From positions 100,750,001-100,814,000 of the forward strand of contig OZ024745.1 of NCBI GenBank assembly GCA_964016885.1: 64,000 nucleotides of DNA. The letters run 5' to 3'. The position numbers and the translations under genes were made by a program. The notes under the pieces are model-generated. The model saw only the letters and a list, made by a program, of their open reading frames with translations. It did no database searches and was not told the DNA's origin. The stretch comes from Eledone cirrhosa. Its lineage: Eukaryota. Of this stretch, positions 40,855-55,112 are shown piece by piece (the stretch's first letter is position 1; every line of letters begins with the position of its first letter).

Positions 40855-43090
40855 TTTTCTACTTTTGGCACAAGGCCAGCAATTACCCAGTAAATTACTG
40901 GTACTTTATTTTATCGACCCCCCGTAAGGATGAAAGGCAAAGTTAACCTCGACGAGATTTGAACTCAAACCGTAAAGGGATGTAACTATGCTAGAAAGCA
41001 TGGCGTCCGTCCCTCTACCGAAACTGCCAATTCACCACCCTATTATATATAATAATCAATTGTTGTTACAGTTATTTTTTGCGTTTAGGATTCCTACATT
41101 TTCTAAAGATTATATATAATTATTTATGAGACCAGTATCATGGCATATATTTTGGTTCCTTAGAGTGACTGCTAATCCTCAGATGATCGGAGATTCAAAA
41201 ATATGTCCACTACCTCTCGGTAATATATTACTACTAGTTTTTAGTTTTATATAATAGTAATAATATTAATATATATAACAGCAATAAGAATATGTTTACA
41301 TTTTGAATCTCAGAGATCAAATTCATCTTTATTATGGGAATATAAAGTATACTTTAACCTTTGCTTAAACATTAAACATATATTGAATTAAATCTCTGTG
41401 TAATTGTTTTTTATCCTTCTCAAGTATAAAAAAAAACACTCATCAAAAACAGAGCTATATTCTATGATATATTAGTAAATATTTGTCTCGGTGTATATCC
41501 CGTCTATTTCTTCATTTCTGAAAACAAAACAATGAAAGGTTGATTAGCAAATTTTCCTGGAGCGTCGTTCTAATAATTGCTTCTACTTTTAGCACAAGGC
41601 CAGCAATTATCCCAGTGCATTACTGGTACTTTATTTTATCGGCCCCGTAAGGTTGAAAGGCAAAGTTAACCTCGGTGGGATTTGAACTCAGGCCGTAAAG
41701 GGACATAGCTCTATGTTGGAAGGCATGGCGTCCGACCCTCCACCGATACTGCCAATCCACTGAATAATGCGAATGCCGTGTCTTCGAATCCCATGTTGGC
41801 TAGCGTTTGATATTTTTTTTCTTTCTGAATTATAATTCTAGGTGCACATATTTAAGGATTATTAAATACACTGACACCAATTTTATCCTTGATATACTAA
41901 CATAATTGTTTCTAATTTTGGCACAAAGTATGCAACTTATGTGCAGAAGATTATATCGATCCTTATACTTTACTGGTACTTTGCCTTTCATCGTTTCTAG
42001 TACGATGAAAGACAAAGTCGATCTTGACGGAATTTTAACTCTAAAGAACCGAAACTAAATACTATGAAGCATTTTAATTCGTCGCTCCAGCGATTCTTTA
42101 AACTTAATAAACTTGAAATACTTGAATCTTAATCTATGAATTGAATAAAGAGTCCGAGTGAAATTTCTTATCATTGTTTTATTACTTTTTCAAATATATT
42201 AGAAAGTAGAAAAAAATTATTTAATACCTGTAAATGTTTCAGTGTGTATGTCCTATCTCCTCTCCCGTAAAGCTTTAATCGTCTCTTCCTACTCCTCATT
42301 AAACTTGTATCCCCCCTCCTCCTATCCTTTTTTGTCTGTAGCTCTCACCTGCTTCTCCGCTTCAGCCACAGTACTGAGTCAATGTGTTTTATTACACTAC
42401 CTCATATCGAGGAAATCCATATTTTCTGGCATGTTTACCTGCCTACAAATTACATACATGTAGATATTTATACACATTGGTGCCGTTTAGGTGTGTCACC
42501 TATATATAATTGAAACATAAGATTTCAAAATACGTGACATAAGGCTATAAGCAATAACCTACAGCCTAATTTGACGGAAATATGGTCACCCGGAATGCGA
42601 TAGCTACCCCTAGGCTCGAACCTTGTTGGTTGACCTGTTCTCTTTCTGTTATATGCAGCAACAACAGCAACGCATTGCTTACAGATAAAACAAATGATAT
42701 CGGTGGAGCGTTAGACAACATGCTTTGCAGCATAGAGTTATGACCCTTTACATACTAAGTTCAAATTCCGCCGAGGATAGCTTTGCCTTTCATCCTTACG
42801 GGGACGATAAAATAATGCACCAGTAATGCACTGGGGATAATTGTTGGTCTTGTGCCAAAAGTAGAAACAATTAATATGTAGATTGGCAGTATCAGCAGAA
42901 CGTCTGACAACAAGCTTAGCGGCAAAGCGTTACGGCCTTTACATTCTGAGTTCAAATCCTGCCCAGGGTTAGCTTTGCCATTCATCATTACGAGATTGAT
43001 AAAATAAAGTACCAATCATGCACTGGGGGCGATTTAATCGGCTTTTCTCTCCCCCCAAAATGTTGGCTTTGTGCCTAAATCAGAAATTAT
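40855..43090. mobile_element. Five dispersed Nin/Deu SINEs (40855-41040 -, 41572-41762 -, 41905-42095 -, 42700-42872 +, 42880-43090 +)
   Basis: Consensus match. Confidence 0.85.
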
Positions 43091-43516
43091 TATTATTTTA
43101 TTTTTGCAGACTTACATTCAATCCTCATCTATGTCAGTCTTGCTTGTCTATTCTCCGCCCTTTATCACTCTGCTCCCGTGCTCTCTCTATTGATATTGTT
43201 TGAAAACGTCTTCGCTGTTGTCATATTACAAGAGGTTACAAGCAAAACAAATAATTTTAAGTTATTTCACAAAGAACACTGTTTACAAAAACAACAGCGA
43301 TTACAAGAATAACATTCAAGTACAACAAGCAGTAAGAAATTCTTCTTCTCAAAATAAAAAAAAAAAAGAAACATAAATTAACAATTACTGTAAAAGCAAC
43401 GCGCCAGCAAGGCAACCTGTACGCAGTCCTTCAATCGGCTAGAAATGACAGCAGCGTCTCTCAACTCACACACTGTTATATACAAAAGGGAAATACATAT
43501 TGGGCAATATCATCGA

Positions 43517-43585
<69 letters not shown>

Positions 43586-43794
43586 CATATACATATATAT
43601 ATATATATATATATACATATATATACATACAACTATATATATATATATATATCTATATATATATACATACATATATATATACACATACATACATATATAT
43701 ATATACATACATACATATATATATACATATATATATATACATACATATATATATACATACATACATATATATATACATACATACATATATATAT

Positions 43795-43886
<92 letters not shown>

Positions 43887-43910
43887 ATATATATATGTAT
43901 GTATATATTA
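43517..43910. repeat. (CA)n/(TA)n/(TACA)n compound microsatellite
   Basis: Direct reading. Confidence 0.97.
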
Positions 43911-44082
43911 TTATAAATCATGTCTACAGAATTATTAGATAAACAAAATATATACTCCATTTCCTCTGCCAAACAGCACAATCAACCATATAAAAAATCA
44001 ATTATACTAAGCCATAAGGATAAAAGCTCCTATGAAGAAATCTCCGACAAATAAACGAGAGTGGCTTCTTCGTATGTATATG

Positions 44083-44139
<57 letters not shown>

Positions 44140-44145
<6 letters not shown>

Positions 44146-44665
44146 TGCAAACTCTGCTAAGAGTATTGCAATCGCTTGTCAGATTACAGAAAATGGAGCA
44201 ATTTTAGGCAACGCCCAGCCACACGAACCTGTAACAGATCCTGAACAAGCAATGCTTTGAAGGTTTTTAAAGTGGTGAAAGGCCTTGCACTCGACCAATC
44301 CCACTCACTGAGTATCGAAAACACTACCCGAAAAGGAGAATAGGTCAACATCATCTGATGCTCCCGAAGCCGCAGTTTTTGGGGATTTTTTCAGAGTTTC
44401 CCTCTCCTAGAAACGCGTGGTGACAACAACTGGGGGCCTTTCACTCCGAAGTAAAAAAAAGAAAAGTACTATTTGGATGGCTGTTGACTTTGCCAATTTC
44501 CTCTGCCCTTTGCCGGGACTTGTATTTCATCCCGCAGGGTGTCCAAATATGACCCACCTCACCAAGTTAGCTTGGTGAGGTTACCGGTTTAATCGCCGAC
44601 GACCCGACCGTGAGACAGGTCGTACTGGGTTACATGTTACCAGTAGCACTCGAAAGCGATCTGAC
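44140..44665 (-). mobile_element. Probable RTE-type LINE 5' leader; second partial copy at 39252-39362 (+)
   Basis: Minus-strand motifs gaggaaattggcaa and tctaggagagggaaactctga resemble RTE 5' UTRs; multiple hairpins. Confidence 0.55.
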
Positions 44666-44695
44666 ATAATACACACACACACACACACACACGCG

Positions 44696-44752
<57 letters not shown>

Positions 44753-44756
44753 GAAG

Positions 44757-45025
44757 ATGGCTGCCCCCTCGTTATCGACTATGGCCATTGCACGATATAC
44801 CATTATTAATAATTATTAATTAATTATATCGTGCAATGCCTGTGCATGAAGATATTTTTTAAAGTGAAGAAAGACGGTGCACTGAGCCAATCCCGCTCTC
44901 ACACTATTTAATCGGACTTATCCCAGTTTCCTGAGTTGCCTTCTCCTAGAAGAATGCCCTGGGAAAGGCTAGGGGTCCTTCACTCCCAGTGGTTTAACCG
45001 CGCGATCGGGTGTCCAGCCCGACTA
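44757..45025 (-). mobile_element. Short bipartite RTE-derived element (5' motif plus RTE 3' stem-loop tail)
   Basis: ctaggagaaggcaactc on the minus strand; 3' end resembles the RTE end at 56192-56228. Confidence 0.5.
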
Positions 45026-45308
45026 TTTCTATGCCCCCGCGCATATACACACACATGCACCCATGTATATACACATATACATATACATACATATGTAGAT
45101 GTGTATATACATATTTACACACTTTTGGATGGCCGTTGAGTTCTTCCGCCCTTTATAAATACATACATGCACCCCCGCCCCATATATATATATAGTGAAA
45201 AATGGAACGGGAACAAAATAGAGAGGCAGTACGAACAAAGATTTATTAGTTTCACGTATGTATATATATATATATATATATATAAATATATATTTATTAA
45301 AATAACAG

Positions 45309-45343
<35 letters not shown>

Positions 45344-45346
45344 TTA

Positions 45347-45461
45347 TTTATTAAAATAACAGATTAAAGTTTAAGCAAAGAATCGCTGCTTTCACCCTTA
45401 ACGGGATCTTCTGAAACTAACCTTTGGATTTTAGTCTTCAAATTTATTATTATTACTATAT

Positions 45462-45495
<34 letters not shown>

Positions 45496-45504
45496 GTATA
45501 TATA

Positions 45505-45590
<86 letters not shown>

Positions 45591-45735
45591 TATATATATA
45601 TATTTATATATTTATATATATATATATATAGTAATAATAATAAATTTGAAGACTAAAATCCAAAGGTTAGTTTCAGAAGATCCCGTTAAGGGTGAAAGCA
45701 GCGATTCTTTGCTTAAACTTTAATCTGTTATTTTA

Positions 45736-45740
<5 letters not shown>
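45347..45740. mobile_element. Near-perfect fold-back around a central (TA)n, with a hammerhead in each arm (45368-45418 -, 45669-45719 +)
   Basis: agttt-CAGAAGA-t-ccc(gttaa)ggg-t-GAA-AGCA(9 nt)TGCT-T^aaact. Confidence 0.75.
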
Positions 45741-45807
<67 letters not shown>

Positions 45808-45843
45808 GTTATATATATATATATCTGTTATATATATATATAA

Positions 45844-45946
<103 letters not shown>

Positions 45947-46947
45947 CTGTATAAATATATATATATGTATATATATATATATAAGGGTTTTTCAATAGTG
46001 AGCGATTTCAAATTTAAATGCAAGCATTGGTCCGTTTCCAACGAAATGACATTAAATTCATAGTACTGATTTGCATATAGCTTAATTCTAGCACTAAACT
46101 TTTGTTCTATTCACTTTAAACAGAATTTTGTTCATTAATCATTACTAAGTGCGCTGAACGTTATACAATAAAATAATGTTTATTAACGCAATGTTTATTT
46201 GGGATGTAGTGTTTTGTTATTGTTATTCATAAAATTTATTATCAATCAATTTTCTTCAGATAAGATTATTTCGTTGCTTCAATTGCTAACGTATAGTTTT
46301 AAATTAGTATCGACATATCCTTTTAAATCTTTTTAAGTTTTATCTTATCAAACTTGTTTTATATTCAACTATCTAAATCACTGTTTCAATTGCTTCTCAA
46401 CTCGTTTTGAAAAGCATTTGATAAAGAATGATATTTTGAAGTCGTCTTATGTTATCAATCTATAATTCTTTGCGTTTTTGTTTTTTGTTGTATTTTGCTT
46501 TGTTGAAAATATCTTATATATTTGTTTATCTATAAGCTTCAAACTGTGACCCCTTTCTTTGTCAGTTGCGCTTAACATAAAAAAAAAATGATTAAGTTCA
46601 CGACGAAAATCATTCATAACTATTAATTAAAAAGAAAATTCGATGAAATAAATTCAGACAATAACTAACAGATTCAGATTCCAGCTTAACCTCAAAGTCC
46701 TTTCATGTTTTAACTTTTCACAACTTTACTCTCTCTGCCGTGACTTTCCGCACCCGTTTGTACCACAAGTGAAAGTAGGAGAATTTATTTCCAAGCCAAG
46801 CTATGTAAGCATCTGTCATTGCTCGGATGGCATCTTTGGAAATGTTGAGTTTCCTCTCAAACAAATAGTCAAAGTATACACAAACCTACAAAGTCACATA
46901 TTCATTCTCACACACACAGACACACACATACACAACCACTACCCAGC

Positions 46948-47017
46948 AAAGAAGAAGAAAAAGAAGAAGAAGAAGAAGAAGAAGAAGAAGAAGAAGAAGA
47001 AGAAGAAGAAAAAGAAG
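46948..47017 (+). repeat. (AAG)n microsatellite
   Basis: Direct reading. Confidence 0.97.
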
Positions 47018-47919
47018 ATTCATGAGTATTATCAAATTTTAGCAAGTAATAATACTTCAGAAGATGAAGGTGAGGAAAATTCTAGAATAAAAGAAAGCAA
47101 TATTTTCATGGCTAAATGTCGCAGAGGAGTTGTTAAGATCTAATGAAGAACACAAATAAAAAACAACAATTAGCTCGAAAATATAAGGATGTGTTCCATT
47201 TAGTAATATAAGAAAATAAAAAAATATATATAGAAAAAGGAAAGAAGAGGCAAAGTTTAGAGATTGGAAGATGGACGAAGAATAAAATAAGAAGAAAAGA
47301 ACGAAAAATCAGAAGTGGGGAACAATGAGAGAAGTAGTCCAAGAAAATTAGAACTAAAAACAACTGGAGGAAAGACGCTAGAAGACATTTCTGAAGAAAG
47401 TACGGAAGTAAATATTGTTAAGATGAAGAGTAACGGTGATGGCGGGAGAAACTGGGAAGAGATGACAAAAAGAAAAGAGTTTGGAAAAGAAGAGGAGCAA
47501 TGGAAAATAAAGAAACATACATGTAAATAAACCCAACATAATACCAAGGAGAGACAGTAAGTGACTAAAAAAAAGGACTGAGAATGAAAGTAATACAAAT
47601 GAAAGAGAAAAAAAAGAGGAAGGGACGAAAGAAAATGCATGATTTAAATACTAAGTGTGTGTGTGGGGGGGTGGGGGTGGGGGTGGGGGTAAATGGGATA
47701 AAAGAATGAATAACAAAGGTGAAGAGATGATAATAATGCAGAGATTGTTGATGAGAGGAGCAACATTGAGATGAAGTTAATTACATATGTAATGATGTCA
47801 TTTGAAATTCGCCTGGCGGTTGTAAATGTACACCGTAATTGGGAAGATATTTTGACTCTCCAGCGGAAATGCTGAGTTCCCTCTCAAACAAATAGTTAAG
47901 TATACACAAACCCACAAAG

Positions 47920-48435
47920 ACACACATACACACACACACACACACACACCCACACATACACGCACACACATACTCACACATACACGCACATACATACTCA
48001 CACATACACACAAACTCACACACACACATAAACACATACACAAACGCACATACTCACACATACACACAAACACACAAACACACACTCAAAAGCACAGGCA
48101 CACGCACACACACATACACACATAAACACACACACACACGCCCGCACACACCCACATATACACGCACACATACTCACACATACACACAAACACACACAAA
48201 CGCACACACACACACACGCCCGCACACACCCACACATACACGCACACACATACTCACAAACACACAAACAAAACGCACACACTCACACACACATAAACAC
48301 ATACACAAACGCACATACTCACACATACACACATACACACAAACACACACACAAAAGCACAGGCACACGCACACACACACACACACACGCATAAACACAT
48401 AAACACATACACACGCACACACACACCCACACATA
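47920..48435. repeat. CA-rich cryptic minisatellite
   Basis: Recurrent cacatactcacacatacac and cacgcccgcacac submotifs. Confidence 0.9.
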
Positions 48436-48777
48436 CTGAAGGATGTAACAGCAATATATCATGTGAATGGTTTGAACCGAACTTCGAAAATGACTTTAAC
48501 CAAATGGTAGACAGTAACTGTGATGTTTCCGTTTCGTACGTGTCCACCCGCTACGACTGTTGATAATAATATGTATAAAACTAAAGATGAGATATCACAG
48601 AAAGTCCGTAATAAACCCTTGCTATTTAAATGATCACTGATTATAAGGGACAGCTTGTAGCGTGTTTTCGAAGCGAATTCGTATTACAATTATTTACAAA
48701 AAAAAAAAAATAATAATATTAAAATCTATAAACCATGTTTATTTCCTAAATCTCCCAATTTTTTGTTTGGTGTTCAT

Positions 48778-50345
48778 TGTGGATTGGCAGTATCGGTAGA
48801 GGGTCGGACGCCATGCTTTTCAGCATGGTTAGGTCCCTTTACGATCTGAGTTCAAATCCCGCCGAGGTTGACTTTGCCTTTCATCCTTACGTGGTCGATA
48901 AAATAAAGTACCAGTAATGCACTGGGTAATTGCTGGCCTTGTGCCTAAAGTAGAAACAATTATTATTATTTTTTGTATATACTTAAAGTATATACTTAAG
49001 TATATACTTAAAGTATATACTTAAAGTACCAGTAATGTACTGGATAATTGCTGGCCTTGTGCCTAAAGTAGAAACAATTATTATTATTTTTTGTGGATTG
49101 GCAGTATCGGTAGAAGGTCGGACGCCATGCTTTGACGCATAGAGTTACGGCCCTTGCCATTCTGAGTTCAAATCCCGCCGAGGTTAACTTTGCCTTTCAT
49201 CCTGACGGGGATCGATAAAATAAAGTACCAGTAATGCACTGAGATAATTGCTGGCCTTGTGCCAAAAGTAGAAATAATAATAATTTTTTTCCTTGAGGGA
49301 CAATTTGTTTAATTTTTCGGTGGAGGGTGAGAAAATATATATATATGTTTATATATATATATTTTTTTTTTCGTTGATCTGGTGGCAATTAAGTAAGCCA
49401 ATGATGATGATGATGATGATGATGATATTTTTTCTAACACGATCACAAGATCAGAAATTTGCAGAGAAATGGTACTTTATTTTACCAGCTCTAACGTTTT
49501 TGCCAATCTATCAATAATAATTGTTTCTACTTTAGGCACAAGGCCAGCAATTAACCAGTGCATTACTGGTACTTTATTTTATCGATCCCGTAAGGATGAA
49601 AGGCAAAGTTAACCTTGGCGGGATTTGAACTCAGAATGGCAAGGGCTGTAACTCTATACGTCAAAGCACGGCGTCCGACACTCTACCAATACTGCCAATA
49701 CATCGCCCTCAATTTATCAATAATAATTGTTTCTACTTTAGGCACAAGGCCAGCAATTACCCAGTGCATTACTGGTACTTTATTTTATCGACCCTGTAAG
49801 GATGAAAGGCAAAGTTAACCTCGGCGGGATTTGAACTCAGACTGTAAAGGGACGTAACTATGCTAGAAAGCATGGCGTCCAACCCTCTACCGATACTGCC
49901 AATTCAATAATAATGATTTTTAATTTAGGCACAATGCCAAAGCGAACGGTCTAGTATATGACTGCTACTTTATTTTATCAGCCCCGTATGTATGAAAGGC
50001 AGGGCTAACCTAGGCGAGATTTGAACTAAGATCATAAAGGGCAGTAACTCTATGCTGCAGAGCATGATGTCCGACTCTCTACCGATACTGCCAATCCACT
50101 GCCTTTAATCAACCTATAATAATGGTTTCTTATATAGGCACAAGGCCAGCAATTTTTTTTGAGGGGGGGGGGGGAGTCGATAAAATCGACCCCAGTGCGT
50201 GACTTGTACTTTATTTTATCGACCCCGTAAGGATGAAAGGCAAAGTTAACCTCGGCGGGATTTGAAGTCAGATCATAAAGGAACGTAACTCTTTGCTGAA
50301 AAGCATGGCGTTCGACCCTCTACCGATACTGCCAATCCACCGCCT
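48778..50345. mobile_element. Dense cluster of about seven Nin/Deu SINEs (plus-strand copies 48778-49278, minus-strand copies 49515-50345)
   Basis: Consensus match; TSD tttaatcaacctataataatg at 50104 and 50345. Confidence 0.9.
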
Positions 50346-50378
50346 TTAATCAACCTATAATAATGCTTTCCGTATTAA

Positions 50379-51255
50379 CTACAAGGGTTTACATAAAGTA
50401 GACATTAAGGACAGTACAGGACAATACAGGACGGTACAAATGGGCATTTCTGCGTGTAAAAAACTAAAGCAGAGGATGTAACAAAAAAATAACAATGAAA
50501 AAGTTCCCAATAGGGGGGAGACTTCCGAGTGACATTCGTGGAGAAAGCCCATTAAAAAAACCACGGTGACCCTGACCACCAGGGCAAGTGCCCTCTCCCA
50601 GTTTTCCACCTTCAATTTACAGGCACATACTCAACAAAATGATGGGAAGAGAGTACTTCTCTCTCTACCCTGATTTTCCTTTTCAAATGAAGAGGTAAGT
50701 GCTCGTCTTCAGCCTTTTCAAACGCGTCCGCCACACTATCTCTTTCGCCATGGCCTCCAGACAGATAAAAACTGCCTGCCCTTCCCGGCTAAAGGTAGAG
50801 GGCGGGGCAATCCTCACGATGGACTCAGCTGATAGCCGGATACGTCCTACACATGACAGCAGGTGTTCGACATAAACCCACAAGTCAGCAATGCTCGGAC
50901 ACTGTGCACGAGTGCGTGCAGGACAGTTTCGTCGCCCTGTGCGCATCTCTGACATGCCCGGCTGACGGCACTTCCATGCCTGTAGAGTTTATCCCGAACT
51001 GGCAAAGCTCCTCGGTAGCACTGCCAGGCCAGGGATTTGTGGAAGTTGTCCATAGGCTCCGGCTCGAAAGTTCTTCCGAACAGATTGGTTAGTTGATTTT
51101 CGTCGACGTCCAGAGTCTCCCCAAGTACGTCGTCGCTCTTCCGCTCCACTAATCCTCTATAATCCTGTCTGGTCGAGGGCTGTAAGCGCCTGAAGACAGT
51201 CCAGTCTCCAAGCGCTCGTTCTCGGTCTTCGCTTGACCCAGGACTGCAGCTCCGT
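50379..51255 (-). mobile_element. Tx1/L1-like LINE 3' fragment with zf-RVT-type zinc knuckle
   Basis: SLAWQCYRGALPVRDKLYRHG...CQRCAQGDETVLHALVH. Confidence 0.85.
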
Positions 51256-51257
51256 CA

Positions 51258-52474
51258 ATGATTTCTGACTTAGGGACAAGGCCAACAATTTCAGGGAAGG
51301 GATAAATCGATTAAAAGGATCCCAGTGCATTACTGGTACTTATCGAACCCGTAAGGATTATTTTTATCGAACACGTAAGGATGAAAGGCAAAGTTAACCT
51401 CGGCAGGATTTGAACTCAGAACGTAAATGTGTCATAACTGTATGCTACAAAGCATGATGTCTAACGCTCTATCAATACTGCGTACATGAGAAATATGCAA
51501 ATGCGGTTTTTTTCATTTCATCGTTAAATTTCATCGTAGAATTAACGCCAGATTTCTTTCAGAAATCAGAATGTAATTTAGGGTCTGCTGTTATTCAGTC
51601 ATTAGGAAACGTTATATATGTTTTGAGTTTTGCTATATATTTATTATTAATATAACTTGTATAATTTATCTAATTTCTAGGTTTTGTAGTTTTTGTGTAA
51701 ACAGGTGTTTACAAGGCCAGACATTTGTAGGGAGGGGAAAAGTCGATTAAATCAACCTCAGTGCATTGCCGGTGCTTTATTTTATCGACCCTGTAAGGAT
51801 AAAAGGCATAGCTAACCTCGGCGGGATTTGAACTCAGAACGTAAAGGGCCGTGACTCTATACCACAAGGCATATTGTCCGACGTTCTACCGATTCTGCCA
51901 TTCTACCACCTCAATAATAGTTTATGTATAGGGTGGTTCCCCCCCCCCCTACATATTGTTTTAACTTTCATTATTTTTTGTTTACGTGTTAAGGGCGGTG
52001 GATTGGCAGTATCGAAGGGGGGTGGATTGGCAGTATCGGTAGAGGGTCGGACGCCATGCTTTGACGCATAGAGTTACGGCCCTTGCCATTCTGAGTTCAA
52101 ATCCCGCCAAGGTTAACTTTGCCTTTCATCCTTACGGGGTCGATAAAATAAAGTACCAGTAATGCACTGGTTAATTGCTAGCCTTGTGCCTAAAATAGAA
52201 GCAATTAGTTTTTGTTTAAATAATATAATATATAATATCATTAATTATAATATATAATAATAATTGTTTCTACTTTTGGCACAAGGCCAGCAATTAACCA
52301 GTGTATTACTGGTACTTTATTTTATCGACCCCATAAGGATGAAAGGCAAAGTTAACCTCGACGGGATTTGAACTCAGAATGGCAAGGGCTGAGTTCAAAT
52401 CCCGCCGAGGTTAACTTTGCCTTTCATCATTATGGGGTCGATAAAATAAAGTACCAGTAATACACTGGGTAATT
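51258..52474. mobile_element. Cluster of Nin/Deu SINEs, including a head-to-head palindromic pair (52292-52474)
   Basis: Consensus match. Confidence 0.88.
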
Positions 52475-53759
52475 ATACAATAATATATAATAATAATAAT
52501 ATCATTTTCTTATAATAGTAATATCATTTTCTTTTTGGTAGGGGGTGACAAGACTTTCGGAACACCCTGTACTTTAATAGTTGTATGATGCATCTGAACG
52601 TTTGGTAATGGTTCAGTGATATAAGTGCATAGCCAGTGGAAGAAATGCCTCATACTTGTATATCGATTGTAACATTTAGAGTCAGGAACTTTTCAGCTTC
52701 CGTCTTTACATAAAAATTTTTAAATCACATTTGTGGATATATTTAATTTTCAGGTTCTTCTTAATAGTGATAGTAGTTCGTCATGAAATATCGATGGATC
52801 TAAAGAGTTTAGTATTCCAAACAATATAAAGACAAAAAATATTTTTGAAACAATAAAGCTGTTTCCATAACATATGGTTAGAAGAAAAGCTGTACCTCAT
52901 TCACACACATATACATACAACCCCATACAAACACGCTGACACACACAGGAGCGTGTATATAGAGACACTCAGAAAGAGAGATAATAAACGGACAAACAGA
53001 TTCATACACAATAGAGTAATAGATACATTTTATATACTTTAGGTGGGCGTTGCATACATTTTTAGTTAAGGGGCCTAATATTATTATTGTGTGTAGTAAA
53101 GACCATTGCATTAAAGACTAATAGATAAAACTGGGTATTCTGGCGCCTAGGCAGGCATGTGTCTCTGTAACAACCTGACTATATATTAGCAGAAGGGATA
53201 AATATCATGCTCTAACCAGACAGTCACATTGAAGGTCATTACATATTTATATATGGAATTAGAGATTTAGCATGAATTATATAAAACTCGAGCAAGATTA
53301 CAGCATCTAGTATATGGTATCATCTCGACCAAAATATTCTCATCCTGAACGGGATGGGGTTTATTTTTAAATCCCACAGAGTCGAAAGAATTTACTATAT
53401 TGCAACTAATTTAATCTAATATTGTTACATTACCTGTAAAATAATTACATTACTAACACGAACATGTTGTTTGTACATTTACATATACAAGTATGCATTA
53501 AAATATGTTTGCGTAAAAGAGTGTAATTCGATTTACACACACACACACACACACGTATATATATACACACACACATATATACACACACATATATCTACAC
53601 ACATACGCACACACACATGTACACACACACACACACACATATTTGAGAGTGTTCATTAAGACGAAAGTAAATATATATGTATGAGGTCCCCATGACAAGC
53701 ATGAAGAGAATGGAGTGGAAGATCAACAAATACCTCTGACAGTGATTACGAATTCTTCC

Positions 53760-54905
53760 TGACTTCTTTAAAGTTGCCCTCTACATGCGATCAGGACAGC
53801 TCAAGCGCCTTCTGTTATTTGTGATGGATGAATTCAAGGTGGCAGAGTATAGGGTAACAACGGCTTTCAAGGAATCACACAAGTCAGACGTGTATGCATC
53901 CTTACAAGATCAGGACACATGTATGTTGAATCTACGGGATATCATTAGATTAACATGCACCAGAAGAGAATGTTTCGGAACTTCCAATTTGCAACTATGA
54001 GGGAAAGCAGACAAAAAAGATAGGAGAGCCATAATCCAAGTGGAAGTACGGAACCGAGGGAAGGAAGTAAGGAAGTAATTTGAATACTGTGTAACTAGTT
54101 TTCCTGCGAGACTAAGTGGGACCTCCCTTAAAGGAATATCGGCTCCAACAAATTTGTTCATGTGGAACATGAAAGAGGAGGAATCGTGTAAGCTCTACGC
54201 AAAGAGGGGTAACATGTCATACGTTCTATCAGGATGTAAAACAGTGCATACCCAAGGGTGATATAAATGGTGTCACAACATGAGACGAATCTCTGGATCA
54301 AGAGAGACACAGGACATATCAAACACGAAAAAAACTAAAGCCATCAATGAGGTTTGTGAAAGAAGTCATTTACCACAGTAAGACCAACATGTGACCTCCC
54401 ACAAATAGTCCAATCGTGGAGTATAGATGTTGACCTGTGAGAAAAGTTACAGGTTCCTCGAGTTGTTCAAATAACCCTGAGGCCAGATGTGATTCTGTGG
54501 TCTGAAAGTGTGAAAGATAATACTGATTGAACTCACAATCCCATTTGAAGAAGAGTGTAGCCAGGCCTTTGAGCAAGAGTGTACCATGTGCCAAGAACTA
54601 ATACAGGAGTGCAGGAGGTGCATGGAGCAAGGATGGCAGGCATGGCTGTTTCCAGTCGAGGTGAGCTGAAAGGGATTCCCGGCTCAATCGGTATAGAGAA
54701 TGTTCAATGTGATTGAGATGACAGGAAGAGAGAAGAAAGTAGCAGGTCGCAACAGAAAGGGTCTGTGGTTGGCTTTGGAGCAGGAGAGAGAAAATGAGCT
54801 GGAAGTTTGGAGGAGAAGATGGGCAATGATTTGGCCACTATTGGTGACTCATCAACGTGAGGATTTTGCGATTAAGGGTCGAAAATCAAATGCACGTTGA
54901 ATAAC
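53760..54905 (+). mobile_element. Decayed RLE-type (HERO-like) non-LTR retrotransposon 3' region
   Basis: CCHC-like CKL...YVLSGCK...QG*YKWCHN, then RPDVILWSES, IILIELTIPFEE and LFPVEVS*KGF. Confidence 0.8.
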
Positions 54906-55014
54906 GCCTCCTGGCCAAGTGTATGTTCACCACATGTGAATGAAAGTAAGGCATTTTCTTTAAAATGCAATTATCTCTCCCTCGCTATCTATCTAGCGCT
55001 TTCTCTCTCTGTCT

Positions 55015-55058
<44 letters not shown>

Positions 55059-55112
55059 CGTTTCTGAATTTGTTTAGCAAGATTCTTTATCTGAAAACGT
55101 GTGTTGAAACCG

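Noticed and set aside
44490-44545. Twister ribozyme call
   Set aside because: Partial resemblance only; the UAA cleavage motif and pseudoknot pairings could not be assigned.
46769-47143. Poly-lysine ORF
   Set aside because: Produced by an (AAG)n microsatellite.
51929-52571. Second mariner-like MITE spanning the SINE cluster
   Set aside because: Only short, weak TIR similarity (agggtg / caccctgta); insufficient support.
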